NCBI GenBank assembly: GCA_964248365.1
Contig: CAXTYC010000002.1
Location: forward strand, 64,001 to 128,000
From: an uncultured Chroococcidiopsis sp.
Lineage (GTDB): Bacteria; Cyanobacteriota; Cyanobacteriia; Cyanobacteriales; Chroococcidiopsidaceae
Length of the DNA: 64,000 nucleotides
Direction: 5' to 3'
Shown piece by piece: positions 30,218-40,600 of the stretch; positions within the stretch are counted from its first letter, which is position 1; every line of letters begins with the position of its first letter. The notes under the pieces were generated by a model. That model did not search any database. It saw only the letters and a list, made by a program, of their open reading frames with translations, and was not told the origin of the DNA. Both the position numbers and the translations under genes were made by a program.

Positions 30218-31537
30218 TTACAGTACCTGCACAGTATTGTTACTACCATAGAGCGGCAGGTTGGCATCATTACTGTTGTTGCTGTTAGCGAAACTAGCGC
30301 CAGGTATTGAGCCACTACCTCCCATCGAGCTACCAGCTTCTAAGGGGTTGCTACCACCACCACCAGCTGAGCTACCACCTGCTAAGAGGTTTTCATTACC
30401 TGCAAAAGCGGGGCTACCACCACCAGCCGCAGAGTTTTGTTCAAATTGCCACTGGTAAGAGTCATTATTCTGGGGCGCACCAAAGAGTCCCTTGAAGAAG
30501 TCAGGATCGTTGACGTTAGCACTACTAAATGTAGGGCTACCACCGCCAGTCATGGGGCTGCTACCACCACCAGTTATACTGTCACCACCACCAGTCATAG
30601 GACTACCACCACTCATGGGGCTACCACCACCACTCATGGGGCTACCACCACCAGTTAGACTGTCACCACCACTCATGGGGCTACCACCACCACTCATGGG
30701 GCTACCACCACCAGTTATAGGGACACCAGAAGGATCTGAGGGCGAACCGCTGGCTGACTGAGAATATTGCCAATTGTAGTTGTCATCATTCTTGGGTTGA
30801 TTGGCATCAGCATTCATGGACTGCCCTCCAGTTGATGATGAATTATCATTATTACCACTCATGGGGCTACCACCACCACTCATGGGGCTACCACCACCAG
30901 TTATAGGGACACCAGAAGGATCTGAGGGCGAACCGCTGGCTGACTGAGAATATTGCCAATTGTGGTTGTCATCATTCTTGGGTTGATTAGCATCAGTATT
31001 CATGGACTGCCCTCCCATTGATGATGAATTATCATTGTTACCTAGAAATAATTGTTGGCTACCATCACTAAGCGCTTTGCTCGAATCTAGTGAACTATTA
31101 TTGTTACCTACAGCCAAGACCTTGCTATCACTACCCAGTGCGTTACTTATTTGATCGATCAGTTTTTGATCATCAACCTCACGAAAAGTGTATGAGTTAT
31201 TGTTACCTACAAATGAGAGATCGCTACTACCATTAGATGCGTTGCTCAACTGTTGGCGCAGCGTGCCATCGTCAATAACAATAGCAGTTGGTGAATTATT
31301 GCTACCTACAAGTAAGGGGTTGCTACCATCACTCGATGCCTTGCTCAATTGCTCAACCAGTTTCTCGCCAGTAATAACGGGTAAAGTTTGTGAATTATTA
31401 TTACCTACAACCAAGATTTCGCTACTACCACTAGGTATCTGGCTCATCTGTTCGCTCAGTTTAGCCTCATCGATGATCAGAAATTTTGGTGAGTTATTAG
31501 TGCCTACAGACAAAGGTTCACTATTAGACGTTTCCAT
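30218..31537 (-). CDS. Uncharacterised repeat protein with a 33-aa repeat domain and a Gly/Ser/Asn low-complexity tail
   Basis: VGxNNS at residues 11, 44, 77, 110 and 143; a 62-aa unit present twice; GGGSPMS heptads; strong AGGAGG RBS. Confidence 0.85.
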   Translation of the reverse strand: METSNSEPLSVGTNNSPKFLIIDEAKLSEQMSQIPSGSSEILVVGNNNSQTLPVITGEKLVEQLSKASSDGSNPLLVGSNNSPTAIVIDDGTLRQQLSNASNGSSDLSFVGNNNSYTFREVDDQKLIDQISNALGSDSKVLAVGNNNSSLDSSKALSDGSQQLFLGNNDNSSSMGGQSMNTDANQPKNDDNHNWQYSQSASGSPSDPSGVPITGGGSPMSGGGSPMSGNNDNSSSTGGQSMNADANQPKNDDNYNWQYSQSASGSPSDPSGVPITGGGSPMSGGGSPMSGGDSLTGGGSPMSGGGSPMSGGSPMTGGGDSITGGGSSPMTGGGSPTFSSANVNDPDFFKGLFGAPQNNDSYQWQFEQNSAAGGGSPAFAGNENLLAGGSSAGGGGSNPLEAGSSMGGSGSIPGASFANSNNSNDANLPLYGSNNTVQVL

Positions 31538-31700
31538 CGAAATTAATCCTCCTAAGTTTATCAGACATAAATTTCACACAAGAGCAAGTCTTACAATTCG
31601 GTCACGTTTGTTGTAGATGAATATTGGGAAAGGTTAAAGGAAAACAATGAATTTAAAGAACCTTTCCCCTTGATTCACCTATTGCTCTTGAGTTACTTTA

Positions 31701-32135
31701 TTAGGGCAAGCTCGAAAAGTTATAGCTGTATCCTGAGTTAGCTGAAGTATTGCCTTCCCCACCAGTCAACAACGTATCTCCTTCGCCTTGATTGCTGTTG
31801 CCAGAACCGGAGGTACTACTACCACCTCGCTGAAGGTTTCCACCAGTATTACCACGAAAAACTTGCTCGAAGTTATTAATTCCAACATCGCTCAAGCCAC
31901 CCCAAGGTGATTCTTTAAACAGGCTTTCCAGATCTTGACTACTCATGCCAGAACCGAAACCACCCGTGCCAGAACCAAAGCTATTGGTGCCACCGCCCAT
32001 GCCAGAACCGAAGCCACCCGTGCCACCACCAAAGCTATTGGTGCCACCACTCATTGGAGAACCGAAGCCACCCGTGCCACTCATGTCACTACCAAAGTTG
32101 CCAGCAGCCAAAGCGCTGAAATCATACGTTTCCAT
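31701..32135 (-). CDS. Uncharacterised 144-aa Gly/Ser/Phe-rich repeat protein
   Basis: Start METYDFS follows a GGAGAA RBS. The 18-aa repeat GTGGFGSxMxGGTNSFGx occurs about 2.5 times, followed by PWGGLSDVGINNFEQVF. Confidence 0.8.
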   Translation of the reverse strand: METYDFSALAAGNFGSDMSGTGGFGSPMSGGTNSFGGGTGGFGSGMGGGTNSFGSGTGGFGSGMSSQDLESLFKESPWGGLSDVGINNFEQVFRGNTGGNLQRGGSSTSGSGNSNQGEGDTLLTGGEGNTSANSGYSYNFSSLP

Positions 32136-32496
32136 TGCAACTAATTCTCCTATTTCTAGTATCGAAATTCTACAGAACAAAAGAACATTAAAAAGACAAA
32201 CTTCAGCCTGCTTTTTGACGTTCATCTTGTTTATTTACCACCAACAAAAAGAGTTTATTGCTGATGAGTAATTATTTGTGATAGCAATTTCAGAAATTAG
32301 GGTTTTACTCCCTATTTGGGGAGGTGTTTTAGTGGTCAACCCAATAACTTTAAGAGCCAAGCCGCAATTGCAACAATCACTACACTACTCAAAGTAGTTT
32401 AGGATACGTAAAATGCAGTTGCAATGAAAAATATTTTGATTAACTTGTCAATCTTTTCGATTTGCCTTTGCAGATAAGTTATCAGAACTAGGGCTG

Positions 32497-33530
32497 TTGA
32501 CACTCCAGGGCATAAATGCACTTCGGTTCTTCTCTGACGGGATCTTGCCCTTGACTGTTGCTAGCCCCCGACATAACTCCATCGGCTATTTGATACTCTA
32601 CTGGCAGATCCGACAACAGAGATTTCCTGATTTCTGATAACTTGTGCTGCTTTATCCCTGTTGGTAGTGTAGTTACACACATCACAGCGATGAATCCTTT
32701 CACTCAAGTTCTTTTTCCCTGTATGCGTTTGGCAGTTAGGGCAGATTTGATTGCAAACCTCTTTATTGACCTTGAGAAAGAAAACATCGCACTGCCAACA
32801 AATATAAGTATAAGACAAAATGTTGAAAAACTATCCGTAGGCAGCGTCCAAGGTCTGCGCATCCTATAGCCCTGCCTCTTCTTTAAAGTTGATATCCAAG
32901 GGCAAATATTGCTCGGCACAATCACATAAACGATCAGATCGAGGGAAGGAGAAGAAAAATAATGGCAGGCTTCATCGATGGTCGGTAATGCATAATGAGT
33001 AATCTGTTTTGTTAAAAGCCCTAGAAGATGCCTAGAAAATACGTCCAGCCAAGCGACGTTTGGGGAAAGAAGATTCTTTCCCCAAAGCTCGCGCCTCTTT
33101 GAGTTGTCGTGTTGTCATCATGGTTATTGGACTTCTTGCTAGATCGGGGGACGCTGGTTTTAGGGACTCGGGACTTGGGTAGAAATTTACCTTTTCCCGA
33201 GTCCCCTTTCCCTTTCCCCTACCTTGCAAAAGATACTTTTGCAAGAGGTCTATTAGTGTTGTGATTCAGTCGTGGACTTATTTTTGGCGACGGCTCCCAC
33301 GCCATTATTTTTAGGCTTCATTGTAGTAAATTGAAATGCCAATCTTTTTGGGTATCGTTAATTCTTTGATGAATTTTAGCTATCTTGCCCTGAAGTTTTA
33401 GCGAATTACTAGAACCCCTTTTCTTATGCTTTAACCTTATAAGCAGTAATTTCAACTCGCTTTGAAGCGCGTTAAAGAATCGAGGTCTAGAAACGCGCTT
33501 CCCCATCACTTGTAGCTAAATATTTCTCTT
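32497..33530 (-). mobile_element. tnpB: Degraded IS200/IS605-family element: tnpB pseudogene plus right end
   Basis: Fragments RPRFFNALQSELKLL...KKRGS..KIAKIHQRI.DTQKDWHF (33330-33510) and LCD..IFALDINF...LDAAYG*FFNILSY...QICPNC...ERIHRCDVCNYTTNRD..AQVI (32560-32930). Stops, frameshifts and a ~390-bp interruption. The right end finishes GTGTCAA at 32497. Confidence 0.85.
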
Positions 33531-33597
33531 TATTCACGTTTAATTAAAGTTTCCTGCCCTGCGAGGCTTGAAACCCATTTTCCAGGTCAAAACTGCG

Positions 33598-34467
33598 CTA
33601 AATTAAGCCCCAGTCATGATTGAGGAGATCCTGTTTGAGGGTTGTAAGTTGAGGATATTCTTGGTGCAGAGCCGCAATATCGGCTGCGTAACCAATATTT
33701 TGCAGCCATCGATACATTGTTGTCCTTTCTTTACCTGCGTCTTGCTCGAACTGCTCCCAGGAGATTTGAACGTAGTTGACGGGTCGATTTATTACTTGGC
33801 TAAAAGTCTGAGCAACTTCTTGCATTGTGCGTTCATCGCCTGCCAGATCGACCTCTCGCCCGATCCATTGTTTTGGATTGGCAAACGCCATCGTCGCAAA
33901 AGCGCCAATATCATCCACGCCAAATTGCTGGAGCTTAGTATCGGGAGATAGAGGCTGAGGCAGCGTGCCGTTTTGAATGGTTTCTCGATATCCGTCCCAA
34001 TTATGCATATAGAAGGTTGGACGTAGAATTGTGTAAGGAAGTGCGATCGCGCGAATGTGCTGCTCAATTTGCCACTTACTTTCAAAGTGGGGAACGCCTG
34101 TGTGACGATTCGCACTGCCAACTGAGGCATAGACGAAGTGATTGACACTAGCGGCTTTTGCGGCATCTGCCAATGTTATGCCTTGCTCAATTTCAATTTC
34201 AATCCGATCTGCATTATACGTCTGAACAGAGAAAACCCCTTCCACGCCTTGAAGTGCTTGGTCAATTGAGGTGCGATCGTTGAGATCGCCAACAACCAAT
34301 TGAGTTCCTCGATCTGCAAGCGCAAGGGCAGCGCTTTTACTCGGATCGCGTACTAAAGCTCGGACTGAAAAACCTTGATTAAGTAGATGCGATGCCACTG
34401 CACCTCCTTGTTTACCTGTGGCTCCAGTGACAAGAATCAAGCGTTTCTCGTTCTGCTGATTAGTCAT
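33598..34467 (-). CDS. NmrA/HSCARG-family NAD(P)-binding protein
   Basis: VTGATGKQGG, VPHFESKWQIE and YTILRPTFYM. Confidence 0.92.
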   Translation of the reverse strand: MTNQQNEKRLILVTGATGKQGGAVASHLLNQGFSVRALVRDPSKSAALALADRGTQLVVGDLNDRTSIDQALQGVEGVFSVQTYNADRIEIEIEQGITLADAAKAASVNHFVYASVGSANRHTGVPHFESKWQIEQHIRAIALPYTILRPTFYMHNWDGYRETIQNGTLPQPLSPDTKLQQFGVDDIGAFATMAFANPKQWIGREVDLAGDERTMQEVAQTFSQVINRPVNYVQISWEQFEQDAGKERTTMYRWLQNIGYAADIAALHQEYPQLTTLKQDLLNHDWGLI

Positions 34468-34539
34468 TCTTCTTACCTGGTAGTTCTAATGAGTGCAGTA
34501 GCACTAAAACACTATTTTATTAGCAAATAAAATCAACTC

Positions 34540-34932
34540 AATCGGGTTTGGCAGCTGCTAAGCATGGCAAAAAACTGTCCTCTGGTATTAACCGTAAAAG
34601 TTTTGTCAAATTCCTCTGGGGTGACTTCTTCAAACGAGCCGAAATGCTCAATCCCTGCATTACTAACTAGAATGTCCAGTTTGCCGTACTTTTCCACTGC
34701 TTGAGCAACTAATTGCTCGATCTAGTCTACTTTGCTCATATCAGCCTTAATCGCAATAGCTTCGCCGCCGCCGTTGCACGATTTCATCGACAACTGCTTT
34801 GGCTTGATCTGGGCTACTGCTATAATTAACGACTACCTTAGCGCCTTCTTGAGCCAATTTTGTCACAATCCCTTTGCCAATACCACGACTAGAACCAGTA
34901 ACAATCGCCACTTTTCCTTCTAGTCTTTTCAT
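34540..34932 (-). pseudogene. Truncated, frameshifted short-chain dehydrogenase/reductase
   Basis: [19 protein letters not shown]..., then a frame change near 34775, an internal stop, and LDILVSNAGI...FDKTFTVNTRGQFF. The C-terminal half with YxxxK is missing. Confidence 0.85.
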
Positions 34933-35031
34933 TTCAATTTCTCCGTAAGTTCTTACTAGACTGTGTTCTGGTGGGGGATGTTAGAGAAGCTTCGTATCCT
35001 AAAGTTCAGCTGCTGCGTGGGCGAGGGTGTG

Positions 35032-35115
35032 TTGACACTCTTGGGCATAAATGCACTTCGGTTCTTCTGTCACGGGATCTTGCCCTTGACTGTTGCTAGC
35101 CCCCGATAGAACTCC
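35032..35115 (-). mobile_element. Orphan second copy of the IS605 right end (omega-RNA scaffold 3' part)
   Basis: 78 of 84 nt identical to 32497-32580 by manual alignment, same orientation, ending GTGTCAA. Confidence 0.85.
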
Positions 35116-35211
35116 TCCAGAAGTATTCTCCTGTATCCTCCTCCTTATTCGTCAAAAATCAAAAATCTAAAAAGCCTATGCTAAAATAGAATATTGACTG
35201 CCACAATCCGG

Positions 35212-35718
35212 TTATGGCGCTTTACCAAGCTGGCTGACTAGGTGATTGAGTTCTGGCAAAATTAGCTGTTGCATTGCAAGAGAGACAGCGTTAGAGGAAC
35301 CAGGTAGGGAGAAGATGAGTTTGCCTTGATATACACCAGCGATCGCGCGCGAGGCGATCGCTCGTGAACCAATTTCTTGATAACTGAGCCAGCGAAACAA
35401 CTCCCCAAACCCAGGCAAGGTTTTTTCCAGCAGTCTTTCAATCGCATCATAGGTGGTATCTCTGGGCGCAATGCCCGTACCACCATTGAAAATTACAGCC
35501 ACAAGATCCGAGCGCAAGGCTAGTGATTCCATTTGCGCTCGAATCAATTCTGGCTCATCTTTGACAATTGCATACGCTCCCACAGCATGACCAGCAGATT
35601 GGAGTAGTTGCCCAATCAGCTGACCACTTTTATCTGTTTGGGGAGAACGTGTATCACTAACGGTAATGACAGCGCAATTTACTGTCATCCCAGGCACATC
35701 TGGATGAGGTGTTGTCAC
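35212..35718 (-). CDS. moaB: Molybdenum cofactor biosynthesis protein MoaB/MogA
   Basis: VITVSDTR, DKSG, GGTGIAPRDTT, LPGFGELFR and FSLPGS. Confidence 0.9.
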   Translation of the reverse strand: MTTPHPDVPGMTVNCAVITVSDTRSPQTDKSGQLIGQLLQSAGHAVGAYAIVKDEPELIRAQMESLALRSDLVAVIFNGGTGIAPRDTTYDAIERLLEKTLPGFGELFRWLSYQEIGSRAIASRAIAGVYQGKLIFSLPGSSNAVSLAMQQLILPELNHLVSQLGKAP

Positions 35719-35732
35719 AAGCCTATTAACAA

Positions 35733-36068
35733 TTACGCTTTCTCAAAGCCCAAATCATGCTCTTCGGCGTACCGTTCCATGAAGCGCATGAAGCGATCCC
35801 ATTCATCTGTGGATCTCATTAGGTAAACAGCTTCTAAAGCTTCTGGTTTGCCATTGATAAATTTGCCTTTGACTTCGCGGGTGACTATTTCGCCTTCTTC
35901 ATCAATCATGTACATTCCGGTAATATTTTCCGTGCTGTTATTGCTCAGAGCTTTGGGACTTTGGAAATAAAACGTTGCAGTGCCATTGCTGCCATCCTTT
36001 GAGCGCGTCAGACGCACCTGTGGGATTACTTCTTCGTTGATACCACGAGAAAACTGAATTTGAGCCAT
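35733..36068 (-). CDS. psb28: Photosystem II assembly protein Psb28
   Basis: [22 protein letters not shown] and [13 protein letters not shown]. Confidence 0.97.
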   Translation of the reverse strand: MAQIQFSRGINEEVIPQVRLTRSKDGSNGTATFYFQSPKALSNNSTENITGMYMIDEEGEIVTREVKGKFINGKPEALEAVYLMRSTDEWDRFMRFMERYAEEHDLGFEKA

Positions 36069-36334
36069 GATCGGTGCTACTAAACTTTTATTATGAGTAA
36101 TCTAAGTATTTTCTCATCATTTAGAACTTACTTGTATAGCTGATGAAATTAGGTAGCACAGCAAACAACCACTGTACTCAAAAAACCTGAGCGGTGAAAG
36201 CTTAGCTAATTTTAAACTTTGGCTGGGAAATCTCAATAAATCTTTGAGCACTCCAAACACGTTTAAACTCGCCATATTCTCTTCTTAATGTGACATCAGT
36301 AAGCTGGCGATTGTTAAGGTGAAGCTTTTTATAT

Positions 36335-38350
36335 ATGAACAGAAAAAATAAAAGAGGAGCCAACCATAAGCCAACTCTATTTGTAGGTTTATTGACGATG
36401 GCACTAGCGATCGCTACACCTACAACAATTCCTACTAGGGTAATAGCCAGTACTCCCAAGCAACGCAATGTAATTATCTTTGTCACCGACGGTCTACGCC
36501 CCAGTTCTGTCAATCCAACTGACGCTCCTACACTCTACAACATCCGCGCCAAAGGAGTAAATTTTGTCAACAGTCATTCTTTATTTCCCACCTTCACAAC
36601 TCCTAATGCAGCTGCTATAGCTACAGGACACTACTTGGGAGATACGGGAGACTTCAGCAACACAATCTATGTTGGTTATCCCGTTTTCGGCGGTACTCCT
36701 ACTCCTTTTATTGAAAATAACTCAGTTCTAGGCGATATTGATGAGAAATTTGGCGGCAATTTTCTTGACGAGGAAACCCTGCTAGCATTTGCGCGGGAAA
36801 ACGGTTATAGTACTGCCGCAGTGGGTAAAGTAGGACCTACACTGATTCAAGATGTAACCCAAGGAAACTCGGTTAACGGCGCTGTTCCCCCACCCCAAAC
36901 GATTGTTATTGATGATGCTACTGGTAGAACTGGTGGTATACCGCTTAATTCTGATATTACTGCCCGACTGAATACTGCGGGTCTAGCTTTGCAAGCACCA
37001 GACCGAAGTAATGGCGCGGGGGCTACTTCCCAACAAAGCAATGGGTATTCAGGTAATAATACCACGCCAGGAACTCTAGCGGCTAATACAGTACAACAAA
37101 AGTACTTTGCCGATGCTACAACCAAGGCAGTTTTACCCTTGTTTAAAGACCGCAACCAGCCGTTTGTCATGGTGTATTGGTCGAGAGATCCCGATGGAAC
37201 GCAACACAATCAAGGTGATAGCCTCAATAGTCTTACGCCTGGTATAAATGGTTCTACTTCCCTTGCTGCTGTTAAAAACGTAGATGATAATCTTAAGGCG
37301 CTTGTCGATCGCCTGCAAAGCTTGGGATTAGCCGATAACACAGATATTTTTATTACGGCGGATCACGGCTTTTCTACTATTAGCAAGCAGGGGATCGATA
37401 ATAAAGGCAATACCACCAAAAGCTACGCGGCTTCCCTTTCTTACCTGGGCGTAAATCCAGGGTTTTTACCTTCTGGATTTGTGGCGATCGATCTTGCTCA
37501 TGGGTTGAATCTACCTCTGTACGATCCTGACAACCAAACCACTGATAGTGATGGTAAAAAAGTAGCATATGCTCCTGTCGATCCAACTAAAGGAGAGCGT
37601 CCTACTGCTGGTAACGGCTTAATTGGCGGTAGCGGAAGGATTAAAGACACTCCTGATGCTACTGTTGTAGTTGCAGCTAATGGCGGCTCGGATTTAATCT
37701 ATATACCGGACAAAAACCCTGAAACAGTCCAAAAAGTGGTAGATTTTCTGCTCAAGCAGGATTACGTTGATGGGTTGTTCGTAAACGATGACTTTGGCTC
37801 GATTCGAGGTACATTGCCTCTGAGTGCTATTAATCTGAAGGGTTCAACAAAGTTACCCATTCCTGCGATCATAGTAAACTTCAAAACTTTTGATACGGGC
37901 TGTGGAAATCCTACAGCTTGTGGAGTGGAAATTGCCGATACCAACCTTCAGCAGGGACAAGGAATGCACGGTAGCTTTGGTCGGGCTGATACTTTTAACA
38001 ATATGGTAGCGATCGGACCTGATTTTAAGCAAGGCTACGTCGATCGCTTGCCCGTCAGCAATGCAGATGTAGCAATCACGCTGGCTAATATCCTGGGGTT
38101 TGAAATTCCTCGCAAAGGAGAACTGGTAGGTCGCGTTCTGAGTGAAGCTTTGCCAAGGCGATCGCACAAAGTACCCTTCTCCTCTGGTACTTTGGAATAT
38201 TCTCCCATATATTCCAACAAGTTCTCTGTTATATCTAACACTTTGGAATCAATGCCTGCTAGCAACGGTGTGCGAACGATCTTGAAATACCAGGAAGTCA
38301 ACGGTACGCGATATTTTGACACTAGCAGGTTTTCTCGCCCTCACGCTTGA
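36335..38350 (+). CDS. Secreted alkaline phosphatase / nucleotide pyrophosphatase-phosphodiesterase superfamily protein
   Basis: Signal peptide, IIFVTDGLR, FPTFTTPN (catalytic Thr), DPDGTQH, TADHG and GMHG. Confidence 0.9.
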   Translation: MNRKNKRGANHKPTLFVGLLTMALAIATPTTIPTRVIASTPKQRNVIIFVTDGLRPSSVNPTDAPTLYNIRAKGVNFVNSHSLFPTFTTPNAAAIATGHYLGDTGDFSNTIYVGYPVFGGTPTPFIENNSVLGDIDEKFGGNFLDEETLLAFARENGYSTAAVGKVGPTLIQDVTQGNSVNGAVPPPQTIVIDDATGRTGGIPLNSDITARLNTAGLALQAPDRSNGAGATSQQSNGYSGNNTTPGTLAANTVQQKYFADATTKAVLPLFKDRNQPFVMVYWSRDPDGTQHNQGDSLNSLTPGINGSTSLAAVKNVDDNLKALVDRLQSLGLADNTDIFITADHGFSTISKQGIDNKGNTTKSYAASLSYLGVNPGFLPSGFVAIDLAHGLNLPLYDPDNQTTDSDGKKVAYAPVDPTKGERPTAGNGLIGGSGRIKDTPDATVVVAANGGSDLIYIPDKNPETVQKVVDFLLKQDYVDGLFVNDDFGSIRGTLPLSAINLKGSTKLPIPAIIVNFKTFDTGCGNPTACGVEIADTNLQQGQGMHGSFGRADTFNNMVAIGPDFKQGYVDRLPVSNADVAITLANILGFEIPRKGELVGRVLSEALPRRSHKVPFSSGTLEYSPIYSNKFSVISNTLESMPASNGVRTILKYQEVNGTRYFDTSRFSRPHA

Positions 38351-38361
38351 ACTAGCGTTTT

Positions 38362-38414
38362 CGTTACCAGGCTGAGCCTGGTAACGAGTACACACAAGGC
38401 TCAGCCTGGTAACA
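38362..38414. repeat. Short palindromic dispersed repeat (GTTACCAGGCTGAGCCTGGTAAC family)
   Basis: Palindrome at 38362-38386, a half copy at 38397-38414 and a remnant near 38519-38536. Confidence 0.65.
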
Positions 38415-38543
38415 AGTACTGTCCGGTTCTACCTCTTCAGATGCAAGCTGTAACACAAGCATTACGCATACATCCTACTAATGGTTGATTTTATGCGAAT
38501 TACTCAAGTTATCTCATTGCTGAGCCTGGAAGCGAGAAAGTAG

Positions 38544-38729
38544 TTAAACAGCTTCGCGCTCTAATAGCAGGGTAACAGGACTATCATTTTCAATTTGTAC
38601 TTGCATCCAAAGCGCTAAATTTACCAGTTTCTACTCGTAATCCACTTTCGCGTAACTTGGCAACATAGCGATGATATAAATCTTCGGCTACATGGGGAGG
38701 GGCAGATCTATCGCGCGTAAGGGCGGCGA
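38544..38729 (-). pseudogene. Diverged duplicate of the 3' ~60 codons of dtd
   Basis: Aligns with 40037-40213 over long identical runs (ATCATTTTCAATTTGTACTTGCATC, AAATTTACCAGTTTCTAC, CGTAATCCACTTTC, CGTAACTTGGCAACA). Ends ...LLLEREAV*. Confidence 0.85.
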
Positions 38730-38732
38730 ATA

Positions 38733-39491
38733 CTAAGCAGTAGATTTGAGTGTTTTGTGCCTCATTTTACTGAATCCTAGTAGGACAGATAGCACTATTG
38801 CTGCTGCTAATGCAGTGATCCAAATTAAAGGAGTATTCAACTGACGAATGGCGATCGCCACCAATGCCCACACAAACACCAAAGTGAAGGCAATATCTGC
38901 TCGTTGGACAGCAACAATCGCGGCAATTACTGCACCGACAATCAGCATAATCGCAGTCCATCCTACGGCACTAATGCCCCAACCATCCCAACTAGAGATA
39001 TAGAGGGCAGAAGCAATGTTGACAATTGTTGCTACCGAAATCCAGCCCAGATAAATACTAAACGGCATCTGCGCTAACCATGTGTACTCCCTTGACACTC
39101 GGACTTTGCCAATTCCTAGTTGCAGGTAAGCCCCAATCAACGGCAGAAGGATTGCTAGCATTGCTACGACTGAAAGCCAAAACAGACGAAGAGTAAACAG
39201 ATATACCCAAGCAATCTGAGCGATACAAGCAACAATTAGTAGACAATCAACTCGGCGAATATTTGCATCACCATGCTGATTTGGGCGAAGCTGGTAAATG
39301 CCATAAGCAATTAACCCTAAATAAATTAGTCCCCAAATGGCAAATGCATAATTGGCTGGGGTAATGAGTACACCTTTGAGAATAGTGTTGGCAATCTCAC
39401 CAATATTTAATCCTTGAGGTGGAAAGAAATTTGACAAAATGTTAACACTCAAGGTAGCAAGGATAGCAATCAGCGTTGCAATTGGCAGCAT
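38733..39491 (-). CDS. TspO/MBR-related tryptophan-rich sensory membrane protein (long form)
   Basis: [31 protein letters not shown] and [13 protein letters not shown], multi-TM. Confidence 0.8.
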   Translation of the reverse strand: MLPIATLIAILATLSVNILSNFFPPQGLNIGEIANTILKGVLITPANYAFAIWGLIYLGLIAYGIYQLRPNQHGDANIRRVDCLLIVACIAQIAWVYLFTLRLFWLSVVAMLAILLPLIGAYLQLGIGKVRVSREYTWLAQMPFSIYLGWISVATIVNIASALYISSWDGWGISAVGWTAIMLIVGAVIAAIVAVQRADIAFTLVFVWALVAIAIRQLNTPLIWITALAAAIVLSVLLGFSKMRHKTLKSTA

Positions 39492-40011
39492 AATCCTAAA
39501 ATAGGCTCAAAGGATGGGTGCTTTCATCTAAAACCTCACGGGAGAAGGGAAACCACCATCAAGCACTGTGGTGGAGGAACTTCGACGCGGCTATTTTATG
39601 GTTCGTCAAGTATGTTATAATTAACACAGACACCTTGATCTTCAATGTACGGTGAGGCTCCCAGCGGTTCGACGTTGTAGTTAAAAGGCTACTAGTTGAC
39701 ATAGCTATTTCGGTATCTTTAGATACTCTACTTCTAGCCTCGGGAAATAAAGACTTTGAAGCGAGTGATTGAACAACAAACAAAAAGTAGACTCAATGCT
39801 AGCAATAGCGGAGTTCGTTGAGCGCAATTGACACCGCGCAGTGAACTGCTGCTGTATTAATATTACAGTACTAATAATAGTTAACCTGAAGGTGAGGCAA
39901 TTGGTACTTTTGCAAGATGTCTAGTGAACAGTAAACAGTAAACCTCTGCCCGAAATTGGTAACTGATAACTGGTAACTGGTAACTGGTAACTGATAATTG
40001 ATAACTGGTTA

Positions 40012-40482
40012 CTACTCACTACTACTAACTTCTTTCGCTTCTCGCTCTAACAGCAAAGTGACAGGACCATCATTTTCAATTTGTACTTGCATCATCGCGC
40101 CAAATTTACCAGTTTCTACCCGTAATCCACTTTCTCGTAACTTGGCAACAAAGCAGTTATATAAATCTTCCGCCTGTTTGGGAGCAGCAGATCTATCGAA
40201 GGAGGGACGGCGACCTTTGCGACAGTCGCCATAAAGGGTGAATTGGCTAATTACCAAAAGTTCACCTCCAATTTCTTGGACTGATTTAAGCCACCTATCT
40301 GCGCCTTCTTCACCGCCAAACAACCGTAATTCCAAGCACTTACGCGCCATCCAGTCGAGTTCGCTTTGGGTATCACTGCTGGCAATACCTACAAGCAAGT
40401 TAAGACCACGCCCAATTTTACCGACAATTTCACCATTGACAGTAACTTGAGAGGATTTAACTCGCTGGATGATAACACGCAT
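40012..40482 (-). CDS. dtd: D-aminoacyl-tRNA deacylase
   Basis: [23 protein letters not shown] and NDGPVT. Confidence 0.97.
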   Translation of the reverse strand: MRVIIQRVKSSQVTVNGEIVGKIGRGLNLLVGIASSDTQSELDWMARKCLELRLFGGEEGADRWLKSVQEIGGELLVISQFTLYGDCRKGRRPSFDRSAAPKQAEDLYNCFVAKLRESGLRVETGKFGAMMQVQIENDGPVTLLLEREAKEVSSSE

Positions 40483-40600
40483 AATGAGGGGCTAGGGGCT
40501 AGGGGCTAGAGGCTAGAGGAAAGCAGGGAGAGTTAGGGGAGCAGGGAGCTAAATTTATAGCCTCTGGCACGAGCGCCTCTGGCACGAGCGCCTCTCGCCT

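Noticed and set aside
30261..32271. Pro-rich and Thr-rich plus-strand ORFs
   Set aside because: They are antisense shadows of the Gly-rich minus-strand genes, which carry the RBSs.
36251..36291. Possible Pho box upstream of the phosphatase gene (TTTAAACT / CATATTCT / CTTAATGT at 11-bp period)
   Set aside because: The matches are too degenerate to separate from AT-rich background by eye.
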